From an uncultured Bacteroidales bacterium (GTDB lineage Bacteria; Bacteroidota; Bacteroidia; Bacteroidales; SZUA-534), in the NCBI GenBank assembly GCA_902790595.1, contig CADASL010000009.1, positions 25,229 through 89,228 of the forward strand: a stretch of 64,000 nucleotides of DNA. The letters run 5' to 3'. Made by a program: the position numbers and the translations under genes. Under the pieces are notes generated by a model that saw only the letters and a list, made by a program, of their open reading frames with translations, searched no databases and was not told the origin of the DNA. Each line of letters begins with the position of its first letter. The stretch's first letter is position 1. Positions 1 through 6,847 of the stretch are shown here, piece after piece.

Positions 1-1557
1 GGCGGCGCTTGGGCCATTATGGGCAGCTACAACCTTTATCAGAAACAGCACTGCTGCCACAACAAAACTCTGCTCTGCGACATTCTGAAGGGCGAATGGA
101 AGTTCGATGGCGTGGTCATCTCCGACTGGGGCGGCTGCCACAGCACCGACGAAGCCGTGCACAACGGTCTCGACCTTGAATTCGGCACCTGGACCGGCGG
201 AACAACCTGGGGACGCAGCAACTCATACGAGAGTTATTTCCTTGCCCGCCCATATCTTGAAGGCATCAAGAGCGGAAAATACACCACTGCCGAACTCGAT
301 GACAAAGCTCGCCGTGTTTTAAGACTGATTTTCCGCACAACAATGTCGGGACAGGCGAAATGGGGTTCACTCTGCTCTGACGAGCATTACGCCGCCGCAC
401 GCCAGATTGCCGGCGAAGGCATTGTCCTGCTCAAGAACGACCGCGCCATTCTGCCGATTGACGCAAGCAAGAAACCGAAAATTCTTGTTGTGGGCGAGAA
501 TGCCATTAAGATGATGACCATCGGCGGCGGCTCAACATCGCTCAAGGTTCAGCGCGAACTGTCACCGCTTGACGGATTGAAAAACCGCTTTGGCGCTGAT
601 AACGTGACGTATGCACGCGGCTACGTTGGCGACACTGTAACTTCGTTCGACGGCATTGAGACTGGCCAGAAACTTGCCGACCACCGCTCGGCGCAGGAAC
701 TGACCGACGAAGCCGTACAGATGGCAAAAAATGTTGATTTTGTGATATTTGTGGGCGGAATGAACAAGAGTGGCGGACAAGACTGCGAAGGCACCGACCG
801 CAAATCGCTCGAATTGCCTTATAATCAGAACAATGTGGTGAGCGAGATTTTGAAGGTGAATCAGAATCTGATTTTTGTGAACATCGCGGGCTCGCCTGTC
901 ACAATGCCGTGGCTTGGTCAGGTTCCTGCCGTTTTGCAGGCGTGGTACATCGGCTCTGAAGCCGGCAATGCCATTGCCGACGTGCTTGCAGGCGATGTGA
1001 ATCCTTCGGGCCGACTGCCGTTCTCATTCCCCGCCAAACTCGAAGATGTGGGTGCTCACGCTGTTGGCGAATACGTGAACAAGCCGAGTTTCAAGGTTGT
1101 CGATGTTGAGTACAAAGAAGACATTCTGGTTGGCTACCGCTGGCTCGACACCAAGAAAATCAAACCGTTGTTCGCTTTCGGCTATGGCTTGTCGTACACC
1201 ACTTTCAGCTACGGGAAACCGTCGATTAACAAAACCACAATGACCGCCGACGGCAGCGTAACTGTTAAAGTTGACGTCACTAATACCGGCAAACGCGCTG
1301 GCGCTGAAGTAGTTCAACTCTACATTGCCGACCTGAAATCGAGCCTGCCGCGTCCCGCCAAGGAACTGAAGGGATTCAAGAAAGTGCAACTCAATCCGGG
1401 CGAGACCAAGACTGTAGAGTTCACCATCGACAGCAGCGCTCTCTCGTTCTACAACGACGCTAAAAAGCAATGGGAAGCTGAGCCGGGCGCCTTCGAAGCC
1501 ATCATTGGCGCATCGGCAACCGACATTAAAGGGAAGGTGAAGTTTGAGCTGAAGTAG
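1..1557 (+). CDS. Glycoside hydrolase family 3 beta-glucosidase, C-terminal part (5' end upstream of window)
   Basis: The frame is open from nt 1 (track ORF 19..1557). It has the GH3 nucleophile context 'GVVISDWGG', a GH3 C-terminal domain and a fibronectin-III-like tail ('GYGLSYTTF', 'VQLYI...LKGFKKV'). A hairpin terminator follows. Confidence 0.85.
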   Translation, partial: GGAWAIMGSYNLYQKQHCCHNKTLLCDILKGEWKFDGVVISDWGGCHSTDEAVHNGLDLEFGTWTGGTTWGRSNSYESYFLARPYLEGIKSGKYTTAELDDKARRVLRLIFRTTMSGQAKWGSLCSDEHYAAARQIAGEGIVLLKNDRAILPIDASKKPKILVVGENAIKMMTIGGGSTSLKVQRELSPLDGLKNRFGADNVTYARGYVGDTVTSFDGIETGQKLADHRSAQELTDEAVQMAKNVDFVIFVGGMNKSGGQDCEGTDRKSLELPYNQNNVVSEILKVNQNLIFVNIAGSPVTMPWLGQVPAVLQAWYIGSEAGNAIADVLAGDVNPSGRLPFSFPAKLEDVGAHAVGEYVNKPSFKVVDVEYKEDILVGYRWLDTKKIKPLFAFGYGLSYTTFSYGKPSINKTTMTADGSVTVKVDVTNTGKRAGAEVVQLYIADLKSSLPRPAKELKGFKKVQLNPGETKTVEFTIDSSALSFYNDAKKQWEAEPGAFEAIIGASATDIKGKVKFELK

Positions 1558-1580
1558 CAGATTGATAACAAAATAGAAAA

Positions 1581-1614
1581 GCGGAACCGTTGTTGAGGCG
1601 GTTCCGTTTTTTTT
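1581..1614 (+). terminator. Intrinsic terminator after the GH3 gene
   Basis: Stem cggaacc (1582-1588) pairs with ggttccg (1600-1606), followed by a T8 run (1607-1614). Confidence 0.7.
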
Positions 1615-1676
1615 CGTTTATGAGGCATATTGGAAAATATCGACCAACAGCTTTTCAACGTTTAAGCAAAATCACT

Positions 1677-1684
1677 ATCTTCAC
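1677..1684 (+). promoter_or_regulatory. Candidate Bacteroidetes -7 box (TATCTTCA, near TAnnTTTG)
   Basis: It sits in 'aatcactatcttca', 40 nt upstream of ATG 1724. Nearly the same word 'aatcactatcttcg' recurs at 16759-16772 upstream of batD. Confidence 0.4.
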
Positions 1685-1723
1685 ATCGTTTGCAAATTAA
1701 TGTTTAACTAAAATTATTTTAAA

Positions 1724-1999
1724 ATGTCACCTACTGAAATCATCACACTCATTGTAGTCGGCGCGTTGGCCGGCTGGTTGGGCAGCCTGCTTTTCAAAGG
1801 AAAAGGTATGGGGCTGGTGGTAAACTTCATTGTCGGCATTGTCGGCTGTTTCTTTGGCGGCTGGCTGTTCGATGTATGCGACCTTAGCCTTAAACTGTTC
1901 AAGGGCGATTGGAAATGGCTGAACAACGTAATTATTGGCGCAATCGGCGCATTCATCATTCTTGTTGTTATCAACTTGGTTTTCAAGAAGAAAAAATAG
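1724..1999 (+). CDS. GlsB/YeaQ/YmgE family (transglycosylase-associated) small membrane protein
   Basis: 91 aa with Gly-rich TM helices 'IVVGALAGWLGSLLF', 'IVGIVGCFFGGWLF' and 'IIGAIGAFIILVV', typical of this family. Confidence 0.8.
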   Translation: MSPTEIITLIVVGALAGWLGSLLFKGKGMGLVVNFIVGIVGCFFGGWLFDVCDLSLKLFKGDWKWLNNVIIGAIGAFIILVVINLVFKKKK

Positions 2000-2016
2000 C
2001 AGGAACCAGATTCTGA

Positions 2017-2047
2017 AAAGGCCGGACTATCAGTTTGGCCTTTTTTT
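2017..2047 (+). terminator. Intrinsic terminator
   Basis: aaaggcc (2017-2023) pairs with ggccttt (2037-2043), with a T-run to 2047. Confidence 0.55.
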
Positions 2048-2188
2048 GACTTCGGACTTCAGACTTCGGACTTCGGACAACAGACAACGGACTTCAGACA
2101 ACGGACAACGACAACGAAACAAAGTCGTAATTCCTAATTCGTAATTCATAATTAAATAATACCCAACACCCAACACCTAATACCTACA
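2048..2188 (+). repeat. Three consecutive 7-nt-period degenerate tandem arrays
   Basis: Nine in-phase heptamers GAC(TT/AA)C(G/A) occupy 2048-2110, followed by a decayed copy 'acaacga' to 2117. CGTAATT-type heptamers (about 2124-2160) and ACCCAAC-type heptamers (2161-2188) follow. Confidence 0.9.
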
Positions 2189-2191
2189 TCA

Positions 2192-2866
2192 ATGACGATT
2201 ACCGACCAGCTGTTTGCCCTTCAAGATGTTGCCTTTGGCGATTTTCAGGCCAAGCTGATGCCGAACATCAGCCGCAATAATATAATTGGTGTGCGCACTC
2301 CGGCTCTGCGGGCGTTGGCACGAAAGATTGCCAAGACCGATGCCGCGCAAGAGTTCATCGGGCAACTGCCGCACCGGTATTTCGAAGAGAACAACCTGCA
2401 CGCGTTCATAGTGGCGCAAACATCTGATTTTGACGAAGCTATGCGCCAGACAGAGCTTTTTCTGCCTCACATCGACAATTGGGCCACCTGCGACCAGTTC
2501 ACGCCCGCGGCATTCAAAAAACACCCCGACGAGTTGTTGAAAGCCGTTAGACGATGGATTGAAAGCTCGCACACCTATACGGTTCGTTTTGCTATTAAAA
2601 TGCTGATGACCTTCTATTTAGACGACCTTTTCTGCAACGAATATCCACAAATGGTGGCCGCGGTCAAATCTGATGAGTATTACGTTAAAATGATGATTGC
2701 GTGGTATTTCGCCACAGCGTTGTCAAAACAATACGATGCCATTGTTGGTTACCTTACCGAACACCGGCTCGACGCCTGGTGTCACAACAAAACCATACAG
2801 AAAGCCGTTGAGAGCTACCGCATCAGTGATGAGCGAAAGGCGGAGCTCAAAAAAATGAAGATTTAG
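2192..2866 (+). CDS. DNA alkylation repair protein (AlkC/AlkD-like HEAT-repeat family)
   Basis: 224 aa. N-terminal 'FGDFQAKLMPNI...IIGVRTPALRALAR' and C-terminal 'MIAWYFA...' match the DNA alkylation repair enzyme family pattern. Confidence 0.75.
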   Translation: MTITDQLFALQDVAFGDFQAKLMPNISRNNIIGVRTPALRALARKIAKTDAAQEFIGQLPHRYFEENNLHAFIVAQTSDFDEAMRQTELFLPHIDNWATCDQFTPAAFKKHPDELLKAVRRWIESSHTYTVRFAIKMLMTFYLDDLFCNEYPQMVAAVKSDEYYVKMMIAWYFATALSKQYDAIVGYLTEHRLDAWCHNKTIQKAVESYRISDERKAELKKMKI

Positions 2867-2889
2867 GTGGGCGCACGTAAATGCTTGCA

Positions 2890-2916
2890 AGTGAAAAATA
2901 TACGCGATTTTTCACT
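2890..2916. terminator. Bidirectional hairpin between convergent genes
   Basis: A perfect 10-bp stem agtgaaaaat (2890-2899) / atttttcact (2907-2916) with a 7-nt loop. Confidence 0.5.
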
Positions 2917-2958
2917 GCACTTGTTATTAAATTAGCTTACTGGTACTTCTGCATTAAA

Positions 2959-3054
2959 TTAGCAGATAAATGATTCCCAAAGTACAATTCCGATAACTTC
3001 AGCAATGGTAATAGCCACCACAACTTTCCAAAATTCCCTGCGATTTTCTCCCAT
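2959..3054 (-). CDS. Possible 31-aa single-TM mini-protein (MGENRREFWKVVVAITIAEVIGIVLWESFIC)
   Basis: This is the inner ATG of track ORF 2959..3255. A consensus -7 box TAGTTTTG lies on the minus strand (plus coordinates 3096-3103) 42 nt upstream, and the 2890-2916 hairpin lies downstream. It is in an AT-rich gap. I recognise no homology. Confidence 0.25.
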   Translation of the reverse strand: MGENRREFWKVVVAITIAEVIGIVLWESFIC

Positions 3055-3295
3055 TTCTAAAATACTGTTAATGATTAGTTTATATTCCCCCAATACAAAA
3101 CTAATTGTATACTGCAATATACGTTTTTTTGATGATTCCTGCAATAAAAAACGATGATTAAATCGCTTTTTTTTCAGGAAAAGTTGAGCCCTTGGTTGTT
3201 TGTTACTTAATTGGTGCGATGGTTGTTCCGAATGTTCTTGTCTGTTGGAGCACAATTTTGCGTGTCAGTTAGGGAAGGAGGAGACGAAAGGCCGC

Positions 3296-4336
3296 TTATT
3301 TCCCCGAAAAATCGATTCCTGCCGAACGGCGCTGCCAGCGCTCTTTGGCGAATTTCTGCATATCAATCTGAGTGTCAGACTCGTCGGTGATTTCCATACC
3401 AAGCAGAGTCTCAACCACATCTTCCATTGTGGCAATGCCTTCCATACCGCCGTACTCGTCAATCACAAGGGCAAACTGTTGCTTGCGTGTAATCAGAATA
3501 TTGTAGAAATTGAAAATCGACGTGTTCTCGTAGCAGTTGATTATCGGGCGGCGTAAGTTTTTGAGTTTCACGTTCTTTTTTCCGTCGGCCAGATAGAGCA
3601 GAATGTCCGATTTCAGAACAAATCCGGTGATGTCGTCAATTGAATCCTTATAGACCGGAATTCGCGAGTATCGCAGATTCTCTTTGTTGCTGAAAAACCG
3701 CTCGAGTGTGGTGTTCTCGTTGGCGGCCACCACCACGGTGCGCGGCGTCATCACGCTCTTCACTTTTATCGACTTGAGTTTCACCAGGTTGTTGATGATT
3801 TTTCCTTCGCTCGACTCAAAAACACCTTCGCGCTCGCCGATGTTGGCCAGTGCCGCAATCTCTTCGCGGCTCACTGTTTGTCCGCGCCGGCGCGAGAACA
3901 GCTTGGTGAGCGATTCCGACACAATCACAATCGGGTAGATGATATATATCAGACACTGAATGATATACGCTATCGGAACGCACAATTCGCGCCAGTAGTT
4001 GGAGCCGATTGACTTTGGAATTATCTCCGAAAAGACCAGAATGAGCACCGTGAGTACGGCCGATGCCACGCCGAAATATTCGTTTCCAAACACGGCAACA
4101 GCCTGAGCCCCGACGCCAGCCGCGCCAAACGTGTTGGCAATGGTGTTGAGCGACAAAATTGCGGCTAGTGGCCGGTCGATGTTGCGTTTGAGTCGCACAA
4201 GAATGCGCCCGCCTCTGCTTTTGTGCGCAATCGACTCGGCGTAAGATATTGACGTTGAGAGAATTGTTGATTCTGATACCGAGCATAGAAACGATATCAG
4301 AATGGCTGAAAGAAAATAGATAAGTAGCAGAATCAT
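3296..4336 (-). CDS. CNNM/DUF21 transmembrane domain + CBS-pair protein (hemolysin/CorC-like family)
   Basis: 346 aa. The N-terminal 4-TM DUF21 region ('LAAILSLNTIANTFGAAG', 'SEIIPKSIG') is followed by a tandem CBS region ('VMTPRT...', 'SRIPVY...', 'ALVIDEYGGMEGIATMEDVVE'). Confidence 0.85.
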   Translation of the reverse strand: MILLLIYFLSAILISFLCSVSESTILSTSISYAESIAHKSRGGRILVRLKRNIDRPLAAILSLNTIANTFGAAGVGAQAVAVFGNEYFGVASAVLTVLILVFSEIIPKSIGSNYWRELCVPIAYIIQCLIYIIYPIVIVSESLTKLFSRRRGQTVSREEIAALANIGEREGVFESSEGKIINNLVKLKSIKVKSVMTPRTVVVAANENTTLERFFSNKENLRYSRIPVYKDSIDDITGFVLKSDILLYLADGKKNVKLKNLRRPIINCYENTSIFNFYNILITRKQQFALVIDEYGGMEGIATMEDVVETLLGMEITDESDTQIDMQKFAKERWQRRSAGIDFSGK

Positions 4337-4351
4337 CAGAGAAACAGATAA

Positions 4352-4750
4352 TTACAGCTTTTGAGTAGGCAGTTTCTTAAATTCAAAAGGAACCTTCACA
4401 ATTTGTTGATAATCATTGCCCAAATCCTGCATATCCTCGTCGGAATAGTACCATACGATGGTAACATTCACACCTTTATCGAACAGAGTTTCAAGTTGTT
4501 GCATAATTTGAAGCAGATATTTCGACGTACTGGTGTTGAAATATTCGAGTTCCATATGAAATTCGGTACTCTCGGCCGGATTATGAAGGTAATTGTCTAT
4601 CCACTTGATAATTGGCTCGTAAAAACGAATCGAATTTTCGAGAATTGAACGCCCCGCAATCCTAAACTGGCCAGTTTTGGCGTTGAAAATGACTGTAGGG
4701 CGGCTGGTGTTGCCGTCAATCTGGAGAACGGTAGCTGATATTGTATCCAT
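4352..4750 (-). CDS. DUF1987 (SiaC-like) domain protein
   Basis: Start taken at the inner ATG (MDTISATV...). 'FRIAGRSILENSIRFYEPIIKWIDNY' and 'MELEYFNTSTSKYLLQIM' are characteristic of DUF1987. It ends 15 nt upstream of the CNNM gene, so the two are probably co-transcribed. Confidence 0.7.
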   Translation of the reverse strand: MDTISATVLQIDGNTSRPTVIFNAKTGQFRIAGRSILENSIRFYEPIIKWIDNYLHNPAESTEFHMELEYFNTSTSKYLLQIMQQLETLFDKGVNVTIVWYYSDEDMQDLGNDYQQIVKVPFEFKKLPTQKL

Positions 4751-4909
4751 ACAACAAATTTTGAGCAAAAGTATTTAAATATTGTAACAATACAAACGTT
4801 TGCATAATTATGATTACGGAAAAATTATCGAATTGTTTCAAAGGATTTGTGTGTCAGGCAAAATTTTCAAAAAAAATACTGCCTAAATACAATTATCCGT
4901 CAAGTTGCA

Positions 4910-4917
4910 TATATTTG
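4910..4917 (+). promoter_or_regulatory. -7 box TATATTTG (TAnnTTTG consensus)
   Basis: An exact consensus match 30 nt upstream of ATG 4947. Confidence 0.5.
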
Positions 4918-4946
4918 GCTACAATTTTTAGTAAAAATATAAACAA

Positions 4947-5591
4947 ATGAAACACAATATTTTATTTGCTGCATTTGCAGTAACAATGCTTACTGCGTGT
5001 GGTGGCAACGAGCAAATCCGCGTGGCTTGTGTAGGCGACAGCATCACCGAAGGCCACGGCATCAAAATCCAAAGCCGCGATGACTATCCTGTGGTGCTGA
5101 ACCGCATTTTGGGCGACGGCTACAGCGTGCAGAACTGCGGAAAAAGCGGCACTACGGTGCAAAAAGATGCCGATTATCCGTACTGGATTTGCAAGGAATT
5201 CTCGAACGCCGTGGCGCTCAACGCCGACATTGTGGTCATCAAACTTGGCACCAACGATACCAAACCGCAGAACTGGAATGCCGAGCGTTTCAAAACTGAT
5301 TACCAGTTGCTTATCGACACACTGAAAACGAACGGGCGCAATCCGCAGATTTTTGTCTGCACACCCGCACCCGCCTTCAGTCACGGCTGGGGCATCAACG
5401 ACTCGGTGATTGTGGCGGGCGTGATTCCGGCCGTGACCGAAATTGCCAAAGCAAACAATCTGACAATCATTGATTTGCACAAGGCTTTCGCCGACAAGCA
5501 GGAATACTTCAAGGTTGACGGCATCCATCCCGACGAAGCCGGTGCGGCGTTTATGGCCGAAATAATCGCGAAAGCAATAAAAAAAGACTAA
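4947..5591 (+). CDS. SGNH/GDSL hydrolase lipoprotein (acetylesterase-like)
   Basis: Lipobox 'MLTAC'. SGNH blocks 'VACVGDSITEG', 'GKSGTT', 'KLGTND' and 'DGIHPD'. Confidence 0.85.
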   Translation: MKHNILFAAFAVTMLTACGGNEQIRVACVGDSITEGHGIKIQSRDDYPVVLNRILGDGYSVQNCGKSGTTVQKDADYPYWICKEFSNAVALNADIVVIKLGTNDTKPQNWNAERFKTDYQLLIDTLKTNGRNPQIFVCTPAPAFSHGWGINDSVIVAGVIPAVTEIAKANNLTIIDLHKAFADKQEYFKVDGIHPDEAGAAFMAEIIAKAIKKD

Positions 5592-5608
5592 CTTAAAATA
5601 ATAACACG

Positions 5609-6565
5609 ATGAAAACCACTATTTTATCAGCAATGGCAGCCATCTGCCTGACAGCCGCTACACAAACGGCAAACGCGCAGTTCCCCGGACAACCCGCACC
5701 GAAGGAACCGCAAAAAATCATCGACCTTTGGAATGGCAAAATTCCGGGCGCGAAAAATGTTGACGCAAGCAAACTCGACGAAGTAAGTACCAAATCTTTC
5801 TTTGCGAGAGATATTAAGGTGCCGTCGATAGCCTACTATCCTGCCGACGAGAACCCGACAGGCACAGCAGTTGTTGTCTGCCCCGGCGGCAGCTATGCAG
5901 GTCTGTCGTACGCTTTTGAAGGCGTCAACCAAGCAGCCTGGCTCAACTCTATCGGCATTTCGGCCTTTGTTTTGCGCTATCGTATGCCAAAAGATGAGTT
6001 TATGGAAAAACGCTGCGACGGTCCGCTGCAGGACGCTCAGCAGGCTATTCGCTACGTACGCAGCCACGCCGCTGAGTACGGTATCAACCCTGACCACATC
6101 GGCATTGTGGGCTTCTCGGCCGGCGGACATCTGGCTTCAACGGCATCGACTCACTTCAACGACGAAGTGTACAAACCGGCTGAAAATGTGAGCGCAAGAC
6201 CCGATTTTGCAGTGCTCGTCTACCCTGTCATCACAATGGAACCGAGCTACAGCGAAAAAGGCACGCGCGAGTCTCTTATCGGCCCCGACGCTGACCAAGC
6301 TTTAATTGACCGCTTCTCGAGCGAGAAACAAGTTACCAAAGAAACACCGACGACATTCCTGGCTCACGCTATGAACGACAAACTGGTGCCTTACACAAAC
6401 AGCGTCAATTACGCCAACGCTTTGCGCGAAAAGGGTGTTGAGTGCGAGCTGCACCTTTATGCCCGCGGCGACCACGGTCTTGGCGCAAGAAATCCGATTG
6501 AAACTCAAGCCTTCTGGCACGACGCCTGCGAGAAATGGCTGCGTATGAACGGATGGGTGAAGTAA
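5609..6565 (+). CDS. Secreted alpha/beta hydrolase (esterase/lipase fold)
   Basis: Signal peptide. Oxyanion-type 'VVCPGGSYAG', nucleophile elbow 'GFSAGGHLA', and a C-terminal 'GDHG' His block. Confidence 0.8.
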   Translation: MKTTILSAMAAICLTAATQTANAQFPGQPAPKEPQKIIDLWNGKIPGAKNVDASKLDEVSTKSFFARDIKVPSIAYYPADENPTGTAVVVCPGGSYAGLSYAFEGVNQAAWLNSIGISAFVLRYRMPKDEFMEKRCDGPLQDAQQAIRYVRSHAAEYGINPDHIGIVGFSAGGHLASTASTHFNDEVYKPAENVSARPDFAVLVYPVITMEPSYSEKGTRESLIGPDADQALIDRFSSEKQVTKETPTTFLAHAMNDKLVPYTNSVNYANALREKGVECELHLYARGDHGLGARNPIETQAFWHDACEKWLRMNGWVK

Positions 6566-6600
6566 TTTAGGATTTAGAAGTTTGGATTTAGAAAGTTGGA
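6566..6600 (+). repeat. 7-nt-period array (tttagga|tttagaa|gtttgga|tttagaa|agttgga)
   Basis: It starts at the first base after the stop codon. The phase was read directly from the sequence. Confidence 0.85.
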
Positions 6601-6606
6601 GGACAA

Positions 6607-6632
6607 TGTAGGGACGTGGCGTTCCGCGTCCG
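6607..6632 (+). repeat. TGTAGGGACG-type stem-loop (family copy 1)
   Basis: In tgtagggacgtggcgttccgcgtccg, the stem ggacgtgg (6612-6619) pairs with ccgcgtcc (6624-6631). There is one T-G pair and the loop is cgtt. Confidence 0.7.
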
Positions 6633-6661
6633 TCAGTTAGTTTTAGAATTATACAGAAGAG

Positions 6662-6692
6662 GCCGGAAGATTATTGATTTTCCGGCTTTTTT
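6662..6692 (+). terminator. Intrinsic terminator
   Basis: gccggaa (6662-6668) pairs with ttccggc (6680-6686), followed by T6. Confidence 0.7.
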
Positions 6693-6819
6693 GTTTTCAG
6701 ATGGCGGCGATGCGCTTGGAGCAATATCGCTTTACGGGCTCATAACTAATGACTATCGCGGTTCAAAAAATCCCCATTTTTGATGATTCTCATAATAAAT
6801 TGGTATCACATATTTAAAA

Positions 6820-6827
6820 TACATTTG
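6820..6827 (+). promoter_or_regulatory. -7 box TACATTTG
   Basis: An exact TAnnTTTG match 21 nt upstream of the feoAB ATG at 6848. Confidence 0.5.
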
Positions 6828-6847
6828 CGCCCGAAATTGAGAAAGGT

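Noticed and set aside
2048-2117. A possible CRISPR-like or other repeat/spacer array.
   Set aside because: The unit is only 7 nt with no spacers, and there are no cas genes anywhere in the window. It is a micro-satellite-like array, reported separately.
6781-6812. A possible Fur box ('tgatgattctcataataaattgg') upstream of feoAB.
   Set aside because: One half-site matches TGATAAT at 6/7, but the second half is poor (about 4/7). I cannot distinguish it from A/T-rich background without a position weight matrix scan.
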